From the NCBI GenBank assembly GCA_965198175.1, contig OZ240245.1, forward strand, positions 1,632,001 to 1,696,000: a stretch of DNA of 64,000 bases, read 5' to 3'. Numbering within the stretch: position 1 is the first letter of the stretch; each line of letters starts with the position of its first letter. Of the stretch, positions 22,831 through 32,128 are shown piece by piece. Below the pieces are notes generated by a model. That model did not search any database. It was not told the origin of the DNA and worked only from the letters and a program-made list of their open reading frames with translations. Origin of the DNA: Candidatus Poribacteria bacterium (GTDB lineage: Bacteria > Poribacteria > WGA-4E > PCPOR2b). The translations under genes and the position numbers were made by a program.

Positions 22831-23240
22831 AATTCTCCTCAGAGTCCCGGTTCACCCAACTGACCGTGTTACTATGATACTGTCGATTTTAGAGAAAGTG
22901 TTTAGGTAAGAATTTGTCAACACCCTCTTCACCCGATTATGCCAACAAAGGATAGCATCTGATCGGATGCTTGTCAAGAGTTTTTACAGACTGATAGAAT
23001 GACAGCCGTTCAAGAACAGAAAGCGGGCAAAAGGCTATTTCAGGAATTCAGAGAAAGAGCTTGCCCTTTTTTCGTAGCCTGACTATAATGTAGAACCACA
23101 ATCGCGCACAAGCACAATGTAAGGCAGAACAGGGCTACAGCGAGACAACGTAGGTGAGCACTTTGTTCAGGAGAGAGTTTTTTTCCGTAGTTAATTTCGC
23201 TTCAAACCTTGTCCTATGACGCAAAATCGTTGGCGTGGGT

Positions 23241-23501
23241 TTACCCCCTGATGAAATCCATGCCGAAACAGAGAACGGGCAAGACGACGCGTTTCCCTTC
23301 CAGTTTACGTAATCCTTTAATGTAGGTTTTCCAAACAGGATTCGACTGATCGAACGGTCTTTCGGCTGTCAAATTGATACTCCTGGAAAATGTGGTGTAA
23401 TTGAACAGAATATCATCCAGATTTCGCCGAAATCTCTTAGCGAGCTTATGCGCACAGGATAGTTGAAGCGCAAAGAAATCTTTGGAATAGGGCATGGGCA
23501 T
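23241..23501 (-). CDS. Short hypothetical protein, possibly a truncated gene
   Basis: GGAGG immediately upstream; 86-aa ORF; no family assigned. Confidence 0.4.
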   Translation of the reverse strand: MPMPYSKDFFALQLSCAHKLAKRFRRNLDDILFNYTTFSRSINLTAERPFDQSNPVWKTYIKGLRKLEGKRVVLPVLCFGMDFIRG

Positions 23502-23555
23502 CCTCCGAAAGTTTGATTTTTACTACACTCACACTTTATCTAATTTACGAAGGAA

Positions 23556-24827
23556 TTGACAGTGGAGGAAGTATATCAGGCAATTGAACAAGGTCGTGGA
23601 AGGTTATGCAATCTTCTAAAGGAGTTGGTAGCTGTGGATACAACTAACCCACCGGGCAGACATTTCGCGGAAATGGTCGATCTGCTCAAAAAGCGGTGCG
23701 AGGGGCTTGGTCTTCAAACAATGGTTTCTACAGTGCCTGTATCAGAGACGCTTAGTGTTGTGCCCCATGCGAGTGCTTATCCGCGCCTGAACTTAATTGC
23801 CCGATGGGATGTCGGCGCGGAAAAGACGATTCATTTCAACGCCCACTACGATGTCGTTCCAGTTTCTGGGAATTGGCGGTTTCCGCCGTTTGCGCCTGAA
23901 ATCGAAGATGATTGGCTCTACGGTAGAGGCGCCGACGACATGAAGGATTCGATTGCTGCCTTGTTTTTTGCGATTTCTGCCATTCGGGAGAACAATCTTC
24001 GCCCCGCCTTCAATATTGAATGTTCGTTCACCTGCGATGAGGAAATCGGTGGGGAACTCGGCGCAGGTTATGTGGTTCGAAATCGGATGGTTCAAGCGGA
24101 TTATGTCGTCAACTGCGAAGGGGGTTCCCTCTTGAATGTCGGTGTCGGTCACAACGGCGTCGTTTGGCTGGAGGTAACGGTTCACGGAGTGGCAGCACAC
24201 GCGTCACAGCCAGATAAAGGTGTGAATGCGTTTGAAAAGATGGTATCGCTCGTTTCTGCACTTCAACCCCTAAAAGAGCGTCTAGCTCCACCTGATCGCG
24301 TTTTCGAAACCGATTCGGGACAGCAACGGCGTCCGACGATTAGTGTCGGCGGCACCTTTCGTGGGACCGAGGGGGATAAAGTGAATACGGTTCCAGCACG
24401 AGCCACCTTCTCCATTGACCGACGCGTTGTTCCCACGGAAAGCCCCGAAGATGTTGAACAAGAGATTCGGGAAGTTATCAAGGAGATTTGCATCGCGGAT
24501 TCGGAGATAAGGGTGGATGTCAATACAATCCTCTCTATTGCACCTTGCATCGTAGATGCGGGGCACCCATTCGTGCAAGCCTTCGGCGAAGCCGTGCGAG
24601 CTGTTCGCAAACAACCCGCTAGCTTCAGTATCACAAGCGGATTCACGGATCTTCACTTTTTCGTCGTGGGTGGTGGTCTACCAGGAGTAGGGTACGGCGT
24701 TGACGGTGAAGGTGCTCACAGCGTTGATGAACGAGTGAGTATTCCAGATCTGGTTGCAGTTGCGAAAATATATGCGACCCTCATGATGAAGCCACACACG
24801 TCTATGCACACTCTATCAAGCTCATGA
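23556..24827 (+). CDS. M20 family metallopeptidase (ArgE/DapE-like)
   Basis: HYDVVP, YGRGADDMK, DEEIGG, HGVAAHAS, AHSVDE. Confidence 0.92.
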   Translation: MTVEEVYQAIEQGRGRLCNLLKELVAVDTTNPPGRHFAEMVDLLKKRCEGLGLQTMVSTVPVSETLSVVPHASAYPRLNLIARWDVGAEKTIHFNAHYDVVPVSGNWRFPPFAPEIEDDWLYGRGADDMKDSIAALFFAISAIRENNLRPAFNIECSFTCDEEIGGELGAGYVVRNRMVQADYVVNCEGGSLLNVGVGHNGVVWLEVTVHGVAAHASQPDKGVNAFEKMVSLVSALQPLKERLAPPDRVFETDSGQQRRPTISVGGTFRGTEGDKVNTVPARATFSIDRRVVPTESPEDVEQEIREVIKEICIADSEIRVDVNTILSIAPCIVDAGHPFVQAFGEAVRAVRKQPASFSITSGFTDLHFFVVGGGLPGVGYGVDGEGAHSVDERVSIPDLVAVAKIYATLMMKPHTSMHTLSSS

Positions 24828-24972
24828 GATTGACCATCAATCTAGTTGAGTTGCGCTCGACTGCATGCGCTATGCGCGGCAATCGCTTCGACCGGACGCC
24901 GATGCAACTTCGCCTTTTGACCAACCAAGACAATAAACCCTGAGATAACTGCCTATTCTACAAGTAGCGACA

Positions 24973-27072
24973 TCAATCGGATTTGGTCTTGGACTGTATG
25001 CCAATTCTGCTTGTGTCAATAGGTTGAAATCCGAGCTTAAATGCCGGTGAATCTGGATGCAAGTTGAAGTTTTCGTTTTCTGGTTCTATCAACATTGGAT
25101 CGGCAATCACCGAAGTAGTGTCGTAACCCATTTTTTGCCATTCATCGAAGGTATACACTACCATGGGTCTTTCCATCCAAGTTTCTCCTATCTGATAATT
25201 CTCATGTGTCATGTAGTACACATTTCCCTCTGACTCAGCGATGCGCTTCTCGTTGAGGAGATCGAACTCTTTGTCGTCGGTGTACAGCCACCAGAGATTT
25301 CCTTTACCTGACTGATAGACGTTGTTCCGGGCGCGATTACCTACACAGAAGCCCCACATCTCCTTGGCACTTTCCTCAGGACGATGAGTCAAATCATTGG
25401 CCATGTAGACCATACACGCATTATCATAGAAGATATTATTCTCTATCAGGTTGTTTTTACCACCGTGGATGGTCACGCCATTCCACACGTGAGAAAAAAT
25501 GTTGCCGTATACCAGGCAATTGCTCGCCCAGTCATCCAAATAGAACCCCTGCACAGTGTCCGCGATGAAATTGAATCGCAGAATGTGCCCTGCGCGATCT
25601 GTTCTGTTGAGGACATAAACGCGGCCATCCTCGCCGATTTCATAGGGATCCATCCACATATTGACAGCCCCTGTGTCATGCAGGACTAAGCAGGTACGGC
25701 GGATGTCGTTGTATTCTAACAGATTGCGGCCATAGCCGTTAGTGGCAAGGTTTACACCGTGATGCGGAACGTCATGGATTTCATTATGGGCAATCCAATT
25801 ACCATTGCTTAGGCCCGCAAAAACAGCGGCTGTGTAATGTAAGATACATCCCGTCCGGTCGAAGTGGTTATTAACGACGTGGTTGGACATGGGATGCGCC
25901 TCGGAGGTTCCTATCAGGGCTACGCCATTGGCGCCAATATAGTTGAATTCGTTGCATCGAATCTGGTTCTTTAAGTTATAACCTTCCAAGTAAACCGCAT
26001 TGCCGCCCAAGGCATAGAAACGGCTATCCTCAATAACGCAATACGATGCGTCCTTCAGGTGAATCGCCTCACCACAGTAGTCCCAGCCTTCGACCGGAAA
26101 CATTGCCCCGTACCCATCGAGACCAGCACGATGATAATTGTCGCCGCTGGTGGTTTCGGTAAATGTAAAACCAGAAAGTGTAACGTACGAGGCACCCTGA
26201 ATATCGACCAAATTGTTGAGTCGTGGCAGCACTACGTCACTCTCCGGCGTCAGTGCCGAGGGCGGCCAGAAATAGACAATCTCATCTTCAGTATCAAGAC
26301 ACCACTCGCTAGGTGTATCTAACTCCTCCAGGATGTTCTCCATCACGAACGGAGCGTCACGCTCGCCTCGTTTTCGAAATGGCATGTGTCGATAACGGAC
26401 AAAATTGTCGTTCTCGCTATGCCACGTGCGGTGTTGCAATTGTACGATGCTATTCTCACGGTCCACCGACGCGACAGAGACAACGTTTGTGCTCCAGCCG
26501 CCCGCAACCGTGACAAGCGCTTCTGCCAGATGGGGTTTCTTCCACGCACGAGGAAACGCGCCCTGAACGTATTCAAAAGAAGTATCGCTCTCAGGTTCTG
26601 CCGCATCTTCAATGTTCAGATACGCACCAATGATTGGGTTTACTTCCGCGTCGAAATTGGGCAGGCGCGCTCGAACCTGCAATTTGCCGTTATACGTTAA
26701 CTGGCGGCTCTTGCTGACGCTCCAACTGCCGGGCGGGAGTTTCGCCTTAAAAATACTATCTTGATGTCGTTCCCAGCCGGTGAGTTTCAAACCACCGCTG
26801 ATAACGACCTCTTCGCCCGGATGGCTCGTATAGATAACCGGAAACTCTCGACCGCCACTGTCCCGGTCGGTCAAAACCAATGGGCTGTCCAGAAAATACT
26901 TCCCCCCTCGCACCATGACGGTGATGGGCGTGGTCAATCCGTTGTCTTGTTTTAGCTTACGCACTACATCACGCGCGCGATGCAGCGTCGCAAAAGGTTT
27001 TTTCCGCGTACCCGGATTAGTATCGTCCCCGTCCACTGCGACGTAGAACTCCTTCTTGCTCATCTCCTGCAT
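24973..27072 (-). CDS. Right-handed parallel beta-helix protein (probable carbohydrate-active enzyme)
   Basis: FYVAVDGDDTNPGT..PFATL, ENILEELDTPSEW, repeated beta-helix units, GFYLDD, SPAFKLGFQPID; start moved to about 27072 to remove overlap with the upstream gene. Confidence 0.8.
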   Translation of the reverse strand: MQEMSKKEFYVAVDGDDTNPGTRKKPFATLHRARDVVRKLKQDNGLTTPITVMVRGGKYFLDSPLVLTDRDSGGREFPVIYTSHPGEEVVISGGLKLTGWERHQDSIFKAKLPPGSWSVSKSRQLTYNGKLQVRARLPNFDAEVNPIIGAYLNIEDAAEPESDTSFEYVQGAFPRAWKKPHLAEALVTVAGGWSTNVVSVASVDRENSIVQLQHRTWHSENDNFVRYRHMPFRKRGERDAPFVMENILEELDTPSEWCLDTEDEIVYFWPPSALTPESDVVLPRLNNLVDIQGASYVTLSGFTFTETTSGDNYHRAGLDGYGAMFPVEGWDYCGEAIHLKDASYCVIEDSRFYALGGNAVYLEGYNLKNQIRCNEFNYIGANGVALIGTSEAHPMSNHVVNNHFDRTGCILHYTAAVFAGLSNGNWIAHNEIHDVPHHGVNLATNGYGRNLLEYNDIRRTCLVLHDTGAVNMWMDPYEIGEDGRVYVLNRTDRAGHILRFNFIADTVQGFYLDDWASNCLVYGNIFSHVWNGVTIHGGKNNLIENNIFYDNACMVYMANDLTHRPEESAKEMWGFCVGNRARNNVYQSGKGNLWWLYTDDKEFDLLNEKRIAESEGNVYYMTHENYQIGETWMERPMVVYTFDEWQKMGYDTTSVIADPMLIEPENENFNLHPDSPAFKLGFQPIDTSRIGIQSKTKSD

Positions 27073-27085
27073 TGAACCCAACCTT

Positions 27086-28009
27086 TCATGATTGCGTTGT
27101 GTAATTGTCGGCGTTATTGTGTCGCCAGTTTGGAATAAAACCTTCCGGTTCTCCAAACCCATAGGTTTTGCCAATTTGGTTCATGCTTGAACCTGAATAC
27201 GGCCATGCTTGGCCTCCGATTATCCGAAATTCATCCGCCTTGCCGCATAACCAATAGAACATATGCGCAATGTATCTGGCAACACCATGACTCCCATAGT
27301 CGGCGGTATGAAAGTCGAAGTTCGGTTCGACAATCCAATCTCTTTGTGGCGGTACTGTTCGCCAATAGTTGTATTTCAGCATATGCCTAACCCCTTTTCC
27401 AGTGGCTTCACCTCGGCGATGAAGAATCTGAAAAAAGTGGATGACAAAAGAACCGGCAGGGGCAGTGGTTGAAAGCCCTCTATCCCCCGCGTCACGGTGG
27501 GTAGGACGGATATGCGACCCTGGCACAATCTCTGTTGGCCCCATTTCCAATGGGGTATCCTGCGGATAGTAAAAGGCTTGGATAAACCGGACTTCAGGGC
27601 CAAATGCGTGGTCTGCATCATGATGCCATCCCTGCGCCGAACCTGGACATTCAGCGCGATGAAGACTCATCAGCACTGGCAATCCGACGTTTCTTCCGAG
27701 GAGTGACCGTACTACCCCCGTGACCTGTGGATTGAGAACAACATGCTCGACAAACCAATCCTCAAGAAAGATTGTGCTGGGTTCATGAGAATTACGAATC
27801 CGCTCTAAATCCTCATGTGTGAGCCCTTCGGGAATATAACTGGGTTCAGCCGGAATTTTTCCGTCCAGGTAATCACAAGTGCGTTGATTGATGTCATCAT
27901 TGACAACGCCTTCCAGAATTAGGAACCCATTTTTGCAAAATTCGAGCACCTGTGTGTCGGTCAGGGTGGGTTCGCAGTCAAATATTCTATTGATATTATC
28001 GTATTTCAT
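27086..28009 (-). CDS. Phytanoyl-CoA dioxygenase (PhyH) family 2OG-Fe(II) oxygenase
   Basis: WHHDAD (HxD), GPTEIVPGSH, ILHRR distal His; GGAGG RBS. Confidence 0.85.
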   Translation of the reverse strand: MKYDNINRIFDCEPTLTDTQVLEFCKNGFLILEGVVNDDINQRTCDYLDGKIPAEPSYIPEGLTHEDLERIRNSHEPSTIFLEDWFVEHVVLNPQVTGVVRSLLGRNVGLPVLMSLHRAECPGSAQGWHHDADHAFGPEVRFIQAFYYPQDTPLEMGPTEIVPGSHIRPTHRDAGDRGLSTTAPAGSFVIHFFQILHRRGEATGKGVRHMLKYNYWRTVPPQRDWIVEPNFDFHTADYGSHGVARYIAHMFYWLCGKADEFRIIGGQAWPYSGSSMNQIGKTYGFGEPEGFIPNWRHNNADNYTTQS

Positions 28010-28231
28010 CGTGGAGAACCTCCATCCTTCTCACATACATGTGTGGCGATCTGTTAATAATCTGCTGTATTATAAAGGATATCCATCTGGCAATCCAATC
28101 ATTTCCCAACCTTTAAGCCGATATTTTATAACTAAATCCACCTTATTATCCGGCTCCTCCCCAATTGTTAGGACAGAAATCGGTTATAGACGTTCCTCCA
28201 TCACGATGAGAGAAGCTCTTAATGGACGACG

Positions 28232-28987
28232 CTAATCTCCAATCGTGACATCATCCTCATCCAATACCGGCATACCCTTGAAGCAGAGCAAGAGCTGCGC
28301 TACGGCGAGAACGTCCTTCTGGCAGTATCGGGTAATTCGATCCACATCATCCTGGTGCCAAAAGACCGCTCCTACCTCGCTCCCATCAATATCGTCCTTA
28401 GGGGTGGGTAGGCCAAAGAGAGAAGAGAGCAGGGCTAGAGAAGTGTAGTTCTTATAGTCCCCAAATTTCCACAGGTTCAGCGTATCTACAAAATTTGTCT
28501 CCCAAGGCTTTCGACCTGAAATATCCAATATCTTGGGAAGGATTAATCCATTTACCAGAGCCCTCCGACAGATATAAGGAACATCAAACTCCTTGATGTT
28601 ATGACCAGCCAAACCGATTTCCGGTGTATTGAAGTGCCGGTGGTTAAGCAACTCAAAGAACCCTTCCAGTATCGGTTTCTCCTCGCGACCTGAAAACGAT
28701 TTGATACGGAAGTTTAACTTGCCGGTATTTTTATCATCCAAGAAATAACCAACTGAGATGCAAACAATCTTCCCAAATTCCGCAAAGATGCCAGCCCGGT
28801 CGAAGAAATGGTCATGCGGCGTCACATCTTCCGGGCGATGTTTCGCCGCCTTCGACTCCCATGCGTCCTGCATCGCTTCCGGTAAAGATTCCAATTCCGG
28901 TACGACTGGAGCAGTCTCAATATCTATTACAAGCAGATTCTGTAGTACAACGTGATTAAGCATATTATACCATCTTATATTTCCCAC
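28232..28987 (-). CDS. Stand-alone 3'-5' exonuclease (PolB-exo-like, DEDD)
   Basis: IDIET (ExoI), GHNIKEFDVPYI (ExoII), YCQKDV (ExoIII). Confidence 0.88.
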   Translation of the reverse strand: MGNIRWYNMLNHVVLQNLLVIDIETAPVVPELESLPEAMQDAWESKAAKHRPEDVTPHDHFFDRAGIFAEFGKIVCISVGYFLDDKNTGKLNFRIKSFSGREEKPILEGFFELLNHRHFNTPEIGLAGHNIKEFDVPYICRRALVNGLILPKILDISGRKPWETNFVDTLNLWKFGDYKNYTSLALLSSLFGLPTPKDDIDGSEVGAVFWHQDDVDRITRYCQKDVLAVAQLLLCFKGMPVLDEDDVTIGD

Positions 28988-29409
28988 CTACGACGGGTAA
29001 AATAGGTTAATAAAGGGACAGTTACGTGCATGTGGAGGTATGGAATGGCAACATTTGCCCTGCCACCAAGACCCAAAAAGGCGAATGGTACTTCACGTAT
29101 TCGGACCGCAAGCGGGATTCGGACGCCCGGTGGTTTCGGAATTCAGGATAGATCGATAATTGCCCCGAAAAACACTAATTTAGACAGCTTAGAGCTTTCC
29201 AGTCGCATGGCTAAGTTTCGTTCCAATCGTCTACAACCTGAATCTATCTCCAGGAAAAAGGCGCTTTATATCCTGTTTATCCTCATAATTACTAGGATTC
29301 GACGGCTACCTGTTTTAAGGCATAACCACCTGCAAGGATTTGGCGATATTTGGAAATACAGCGAAATGAACTATTGGAGCAAAAAGCCCTATTTGAGGCA
29401 AAGATTGAC

Positions 29410-30285
29410 TCACTTAAGGGAGGTACGATCTGTCTTGAGGCCACCCCACGCTACCGCCAGCTTCGCACCAGGCTCAACTGGCAGAACGCCCTGAATGCCT
29501 CCATTGAAATGCTTCAACACGTCCGGGTGGGTCCACGCCTGGTGGGCAACGATCGCTTCATCGATAAGGCCCTCGAAAAATAGGTAGTGCTCTGTCATGC
29601 CGATTGTGAGTGGGTTGTTGATTCCCTCGGGAATCTCCTGCTTTGCCGTCTGTTCACCAAACAGTTCACCATCGAGATAATGTGTGTACTGTTTTCCCTT
29701 CCTGACAAGCGTGGCGTGGTACCACCGGTCAAGCTCGGGAGTCCCTATAAACTCAGAGCGGATCCAGTCGACGTTATTGTCCCCTCGATTGACGTGGAAC
29801 ACGAGCGTGCCGCCTAAAAACTCCCAGACAGCCTTCTTCGACTCTGCTGCACCGCCATCATCGTGTCCGATTAGGCCAAACACGCCGGGTTCTTTGGAGA
29901 AATTTATCCACATCGCCAACGTAAAGTCAGTGCCATGCAGCTGGAAGCTTTCATTATTCGCGACCTCCGCGCGGGCGGGTTCTTTCACGCCCAGGCACTT
30001 TCCGAACTTCCCGTTACCCCATTTGGCGCCCTCCACCAGGACGGCGTGGTTACCATGTGGAGAGACGTCAGCGGCCTCTTTGCCTGCTCCTTCGTCAAAC
30101 GGCAACGCAACCACAAGCGCATCCCGGTCAATTAGTGCCTCTGCTCCAATGGAAAAAGCCCACACCAAAGCGATGAACAGGGCGACGCTAATCAGCGCTC
30201 TTTTTATTTGTTCAGTTAGCCCCACAATTTTTCCTCTTAATAGTTTAGTTAGTATTGACTCCGATAAATACTCGGTTCTGTTCAC
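29410..30285 (-). CDS. Secreted LamG-like jellyroll protein with C-terminal motif
   Basis: Hydrophobic N-terminal segment, FDEGAG..DVSPHGNH, GKFGK, WYHATL, FEGLIDE; ends LPVEPGAKLAVAWGGLK; start uncertain. Confidence 0.85.
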   Translation of the reverse strand: MNRTEYLSESILTKLLRGKIVGLTEQIKRALISVALFIALVWAFSIGAEALIDRDALVVALPFDEGAGKEAADVSPHGNHAVLVEGAKWGNGKFGKCLGVKEPARAEVANNESFQLHGTDFTLAMWINFSKEPGVFGLIGHDDGGAAESKKAVWEFLGGTLVFHVNRGDNNVDWIRSEFIGTPELDRWYHATLVRKGKQYTHYLDGELFGEQTAKQEIPEGINNPLTIGMTEHYLFFEGLIDEAIVAHQAWTHPDVLKHFNGGIQGVLPVEPGAKLAVAWGGLKTDRTSLK

Positions 30286-30649
30286 ATTTCAACAGAGTCA
30301 GATGAGAGTGGAGACAAAGTTACGAACTCCAAAATAACGGACGACTAACTTCTCGAACCGAGAGAACACTCGACGCCCCCTGCCGAATCGTCGAGCTGCC
30401 GATGCGTCCGCCGAAGGTTATAGCATCATTCTTTTACTGCCACAACTCTCCATTCAACTGTCAACACAACCTAGGGTATAATTGGAGGAACTACCCTAGA
30501 AGTTTGGGAGGATTATCGTAATAGTTCAAGATTTTGTGTCGGCAACAGATTGACTCGTTGACATTTTCCGCTGGCTAGCCTAACTCGCTGTGCTTCTGGC
30601 ACTAATCCAAAGACCATACCGTCGCGAGTCCGACCATTCTGCGCCTTCC

Positions 30650-31570
30650 TTAGTTTTGAGCATCCGCGTAACCGTCGCCGTTATTGTATCGCCAGTTCGG
30701 CAGATAACCTTCCGATTTCCCAAAGCCATAAGACGGACCGATTTGGTTTCCTGTTGACCACGGCCACCCTTGTCCACCGATTACCCGAAATTCAGCTCCC
30801 TTGCCGCACAACCAGTAGAACATATGGGCAACATATCTGGCAAAAGTGTGTCCACCATAATAGGTTGTGTGAAAGTCAAAGTCGGGTTCAACAATCCAAT
30901 CCCTCGTTGGTAGTTCGGTTCGCCAATAGTTGTATTTTAGCATATGGCGTGTACCTGTAGCAGTGGATGGACCTTTGCGATGTAGAATACATTGATGGTG
31001 GATGATAAGTGAACCAGCGGGACCGGAGGATAGAACCCCTCTATCTTCAGGTCCACGATGCGTGGGCTGAATGTGCGATCCAGGTACTAGCTCAGTTGGT
31101 CCTAGCTCTACTGGGGTGTCCTGAGGATAATAGAACACTTCCACAAAGTTGAGTTCTGGCCCAAATACATGGTCGGCATCATGATGCCATCCCTGTGGTG
31201 GAGATGGACATTGAGTACCGTGATGACTAATCAAGACCGGTAGCCCCACGTTCTGACCGAGCAGCGACCGAAGTGCACCGCCGATTTGGCGGTTGAGAAC
31301 GACATTCTCTATGAACCAATCCTCAAGAAAGATTGTGCTTGGTTCGTGAGAGTTACGAATTCGCTCTAAATCTGCGGTTGTAAGTCCTTTGGGAATATAA
31401 CTGGGGTTAGCTGGCAGCCTTCCTTCTAAGTAATCACATGTTCGTTGGTTCGTTTCATCATCGACAACACCTTCCAGGATTATGTAACCATTCTTACAAA
31501 AGTCTAGAACCTGTGTGTCGGTAAGGGTGGGTTCGCAATCAAATGTTCGATTTGCTTTATCGTATTGCAT
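30650..31570 (-). CDS. PhyH family dioxygenase, close paralog of 27086-28009
   Basis: Long identical stretches with the paralog (FDCEPTLTDTQVL, DLERIRNSHEPSTIFLEDWF, RHMLKYNYWRT); WHHDAD. Confidence 0.85.
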   Translation of the reverse strand: MQYDKANRTFDCEPTLTDTQVLDFCKNGYIILEGVVDDETNQRTCDYLEGRLPANPSYIPKGLTTADLERIRNSHEPSTIFLEDWFIENVVLNRQIGGALRSLLGQNVGLPVLISHHGTQCPSPPQGWHHDADHVFGPELNFVEVFYYPQDTPVELGPTELVPGSHIQPTHRGPEDRGVLSSGPAGSLIIHHQCILHRKGPSTATGTRHMLKYNYWRTELPTRDWIVEPDFDFHTTYYGGHTFARYVAHMFYWLCGKGAEFRVIGGQGWPWSTGNQIGPSYGFGKSEGYLPNWRYNNGDGYADAQN

Positions 31571-31784
31571 CGCTTGATTACCTCAATCTTGATTTTCTGT
31601 TGTAAAAAAAAATGAGAGGAATTATAGAGGTCGTTATGCGCTTGAACGATTTCTGACCTCAAGATAGTGTGAAATTATAGCACAACATGGAAAAAAATGC
31701 AAAAAATCTGTCGAATTGTCAAGATTTAGTGTCTTCCGCTGTTTGTTAGGATGGATGCGGTGGCGTAAGAAAGACGTTTTGTCG

Positions 31785-31813
31785 TTGACGGCTATCGTAA
31801 ATTTTACTAGACT
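31785..31813 (+). promoter_or_regulatory. Candidate sigma-70 promoter
   Basis: TTGACG-17 nt-TAGACT in the divergent intergenic region upstream of 32129. Confidence 0.4.
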
Positions 31814-32128
31814 TAGAGAACAACAGACCTGAGTTGTGACTGCTAGCTAATGAGAATTATCTCAGTCAAGAACAGCTTGGGTGACTACACCAAGAGAATA
31901 CCATGGAAGTTACTAGTGCGCTGTCGGACAAATTCAAAATGGTTGTGCCGTGCACTATGGGCAGGACATCGCTGTTCCAATATTCGCGAGACTAAGCAAC
32001 TCCTCCGACATGTATTGTCAATACTTAATCTGGCGCTGTATTAGTGATACTTGTATACTAGGTGATGGGATTACCTCGACCCATTCGGGCAACTGTACGT
32101 GCTACGCGGCGGTAAACGGTCTACTCCA

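Noticed and set aside
27073..27174. Overlap between the beta-helix ORF and the PhyH gene
   Set aside because: Artefact of the longest-ORF start; recognisable sequence begins at MQEMSKKEFYV.
29290..29310. GGATTCGACGG resembling the tmRNA 5' region
   Set aside because: No GGGG acceptor-stem start, no matching 3' tRNA-like end, no tag reading frame.
29030..29494. 154-aa ORF on + between the exonuclease and LamG genes
   Set aside because: No recognisable domain, atypical composition, and it overlaps the LamG 3' end in antisense.
30471..30499. CTAGGGTA...TACCCTAG inverted repeat as a MITE related to the 7114 hairpin
   Set aside because: Only 8 bp, and similarity is limited to CTAGG; too little to support a family.
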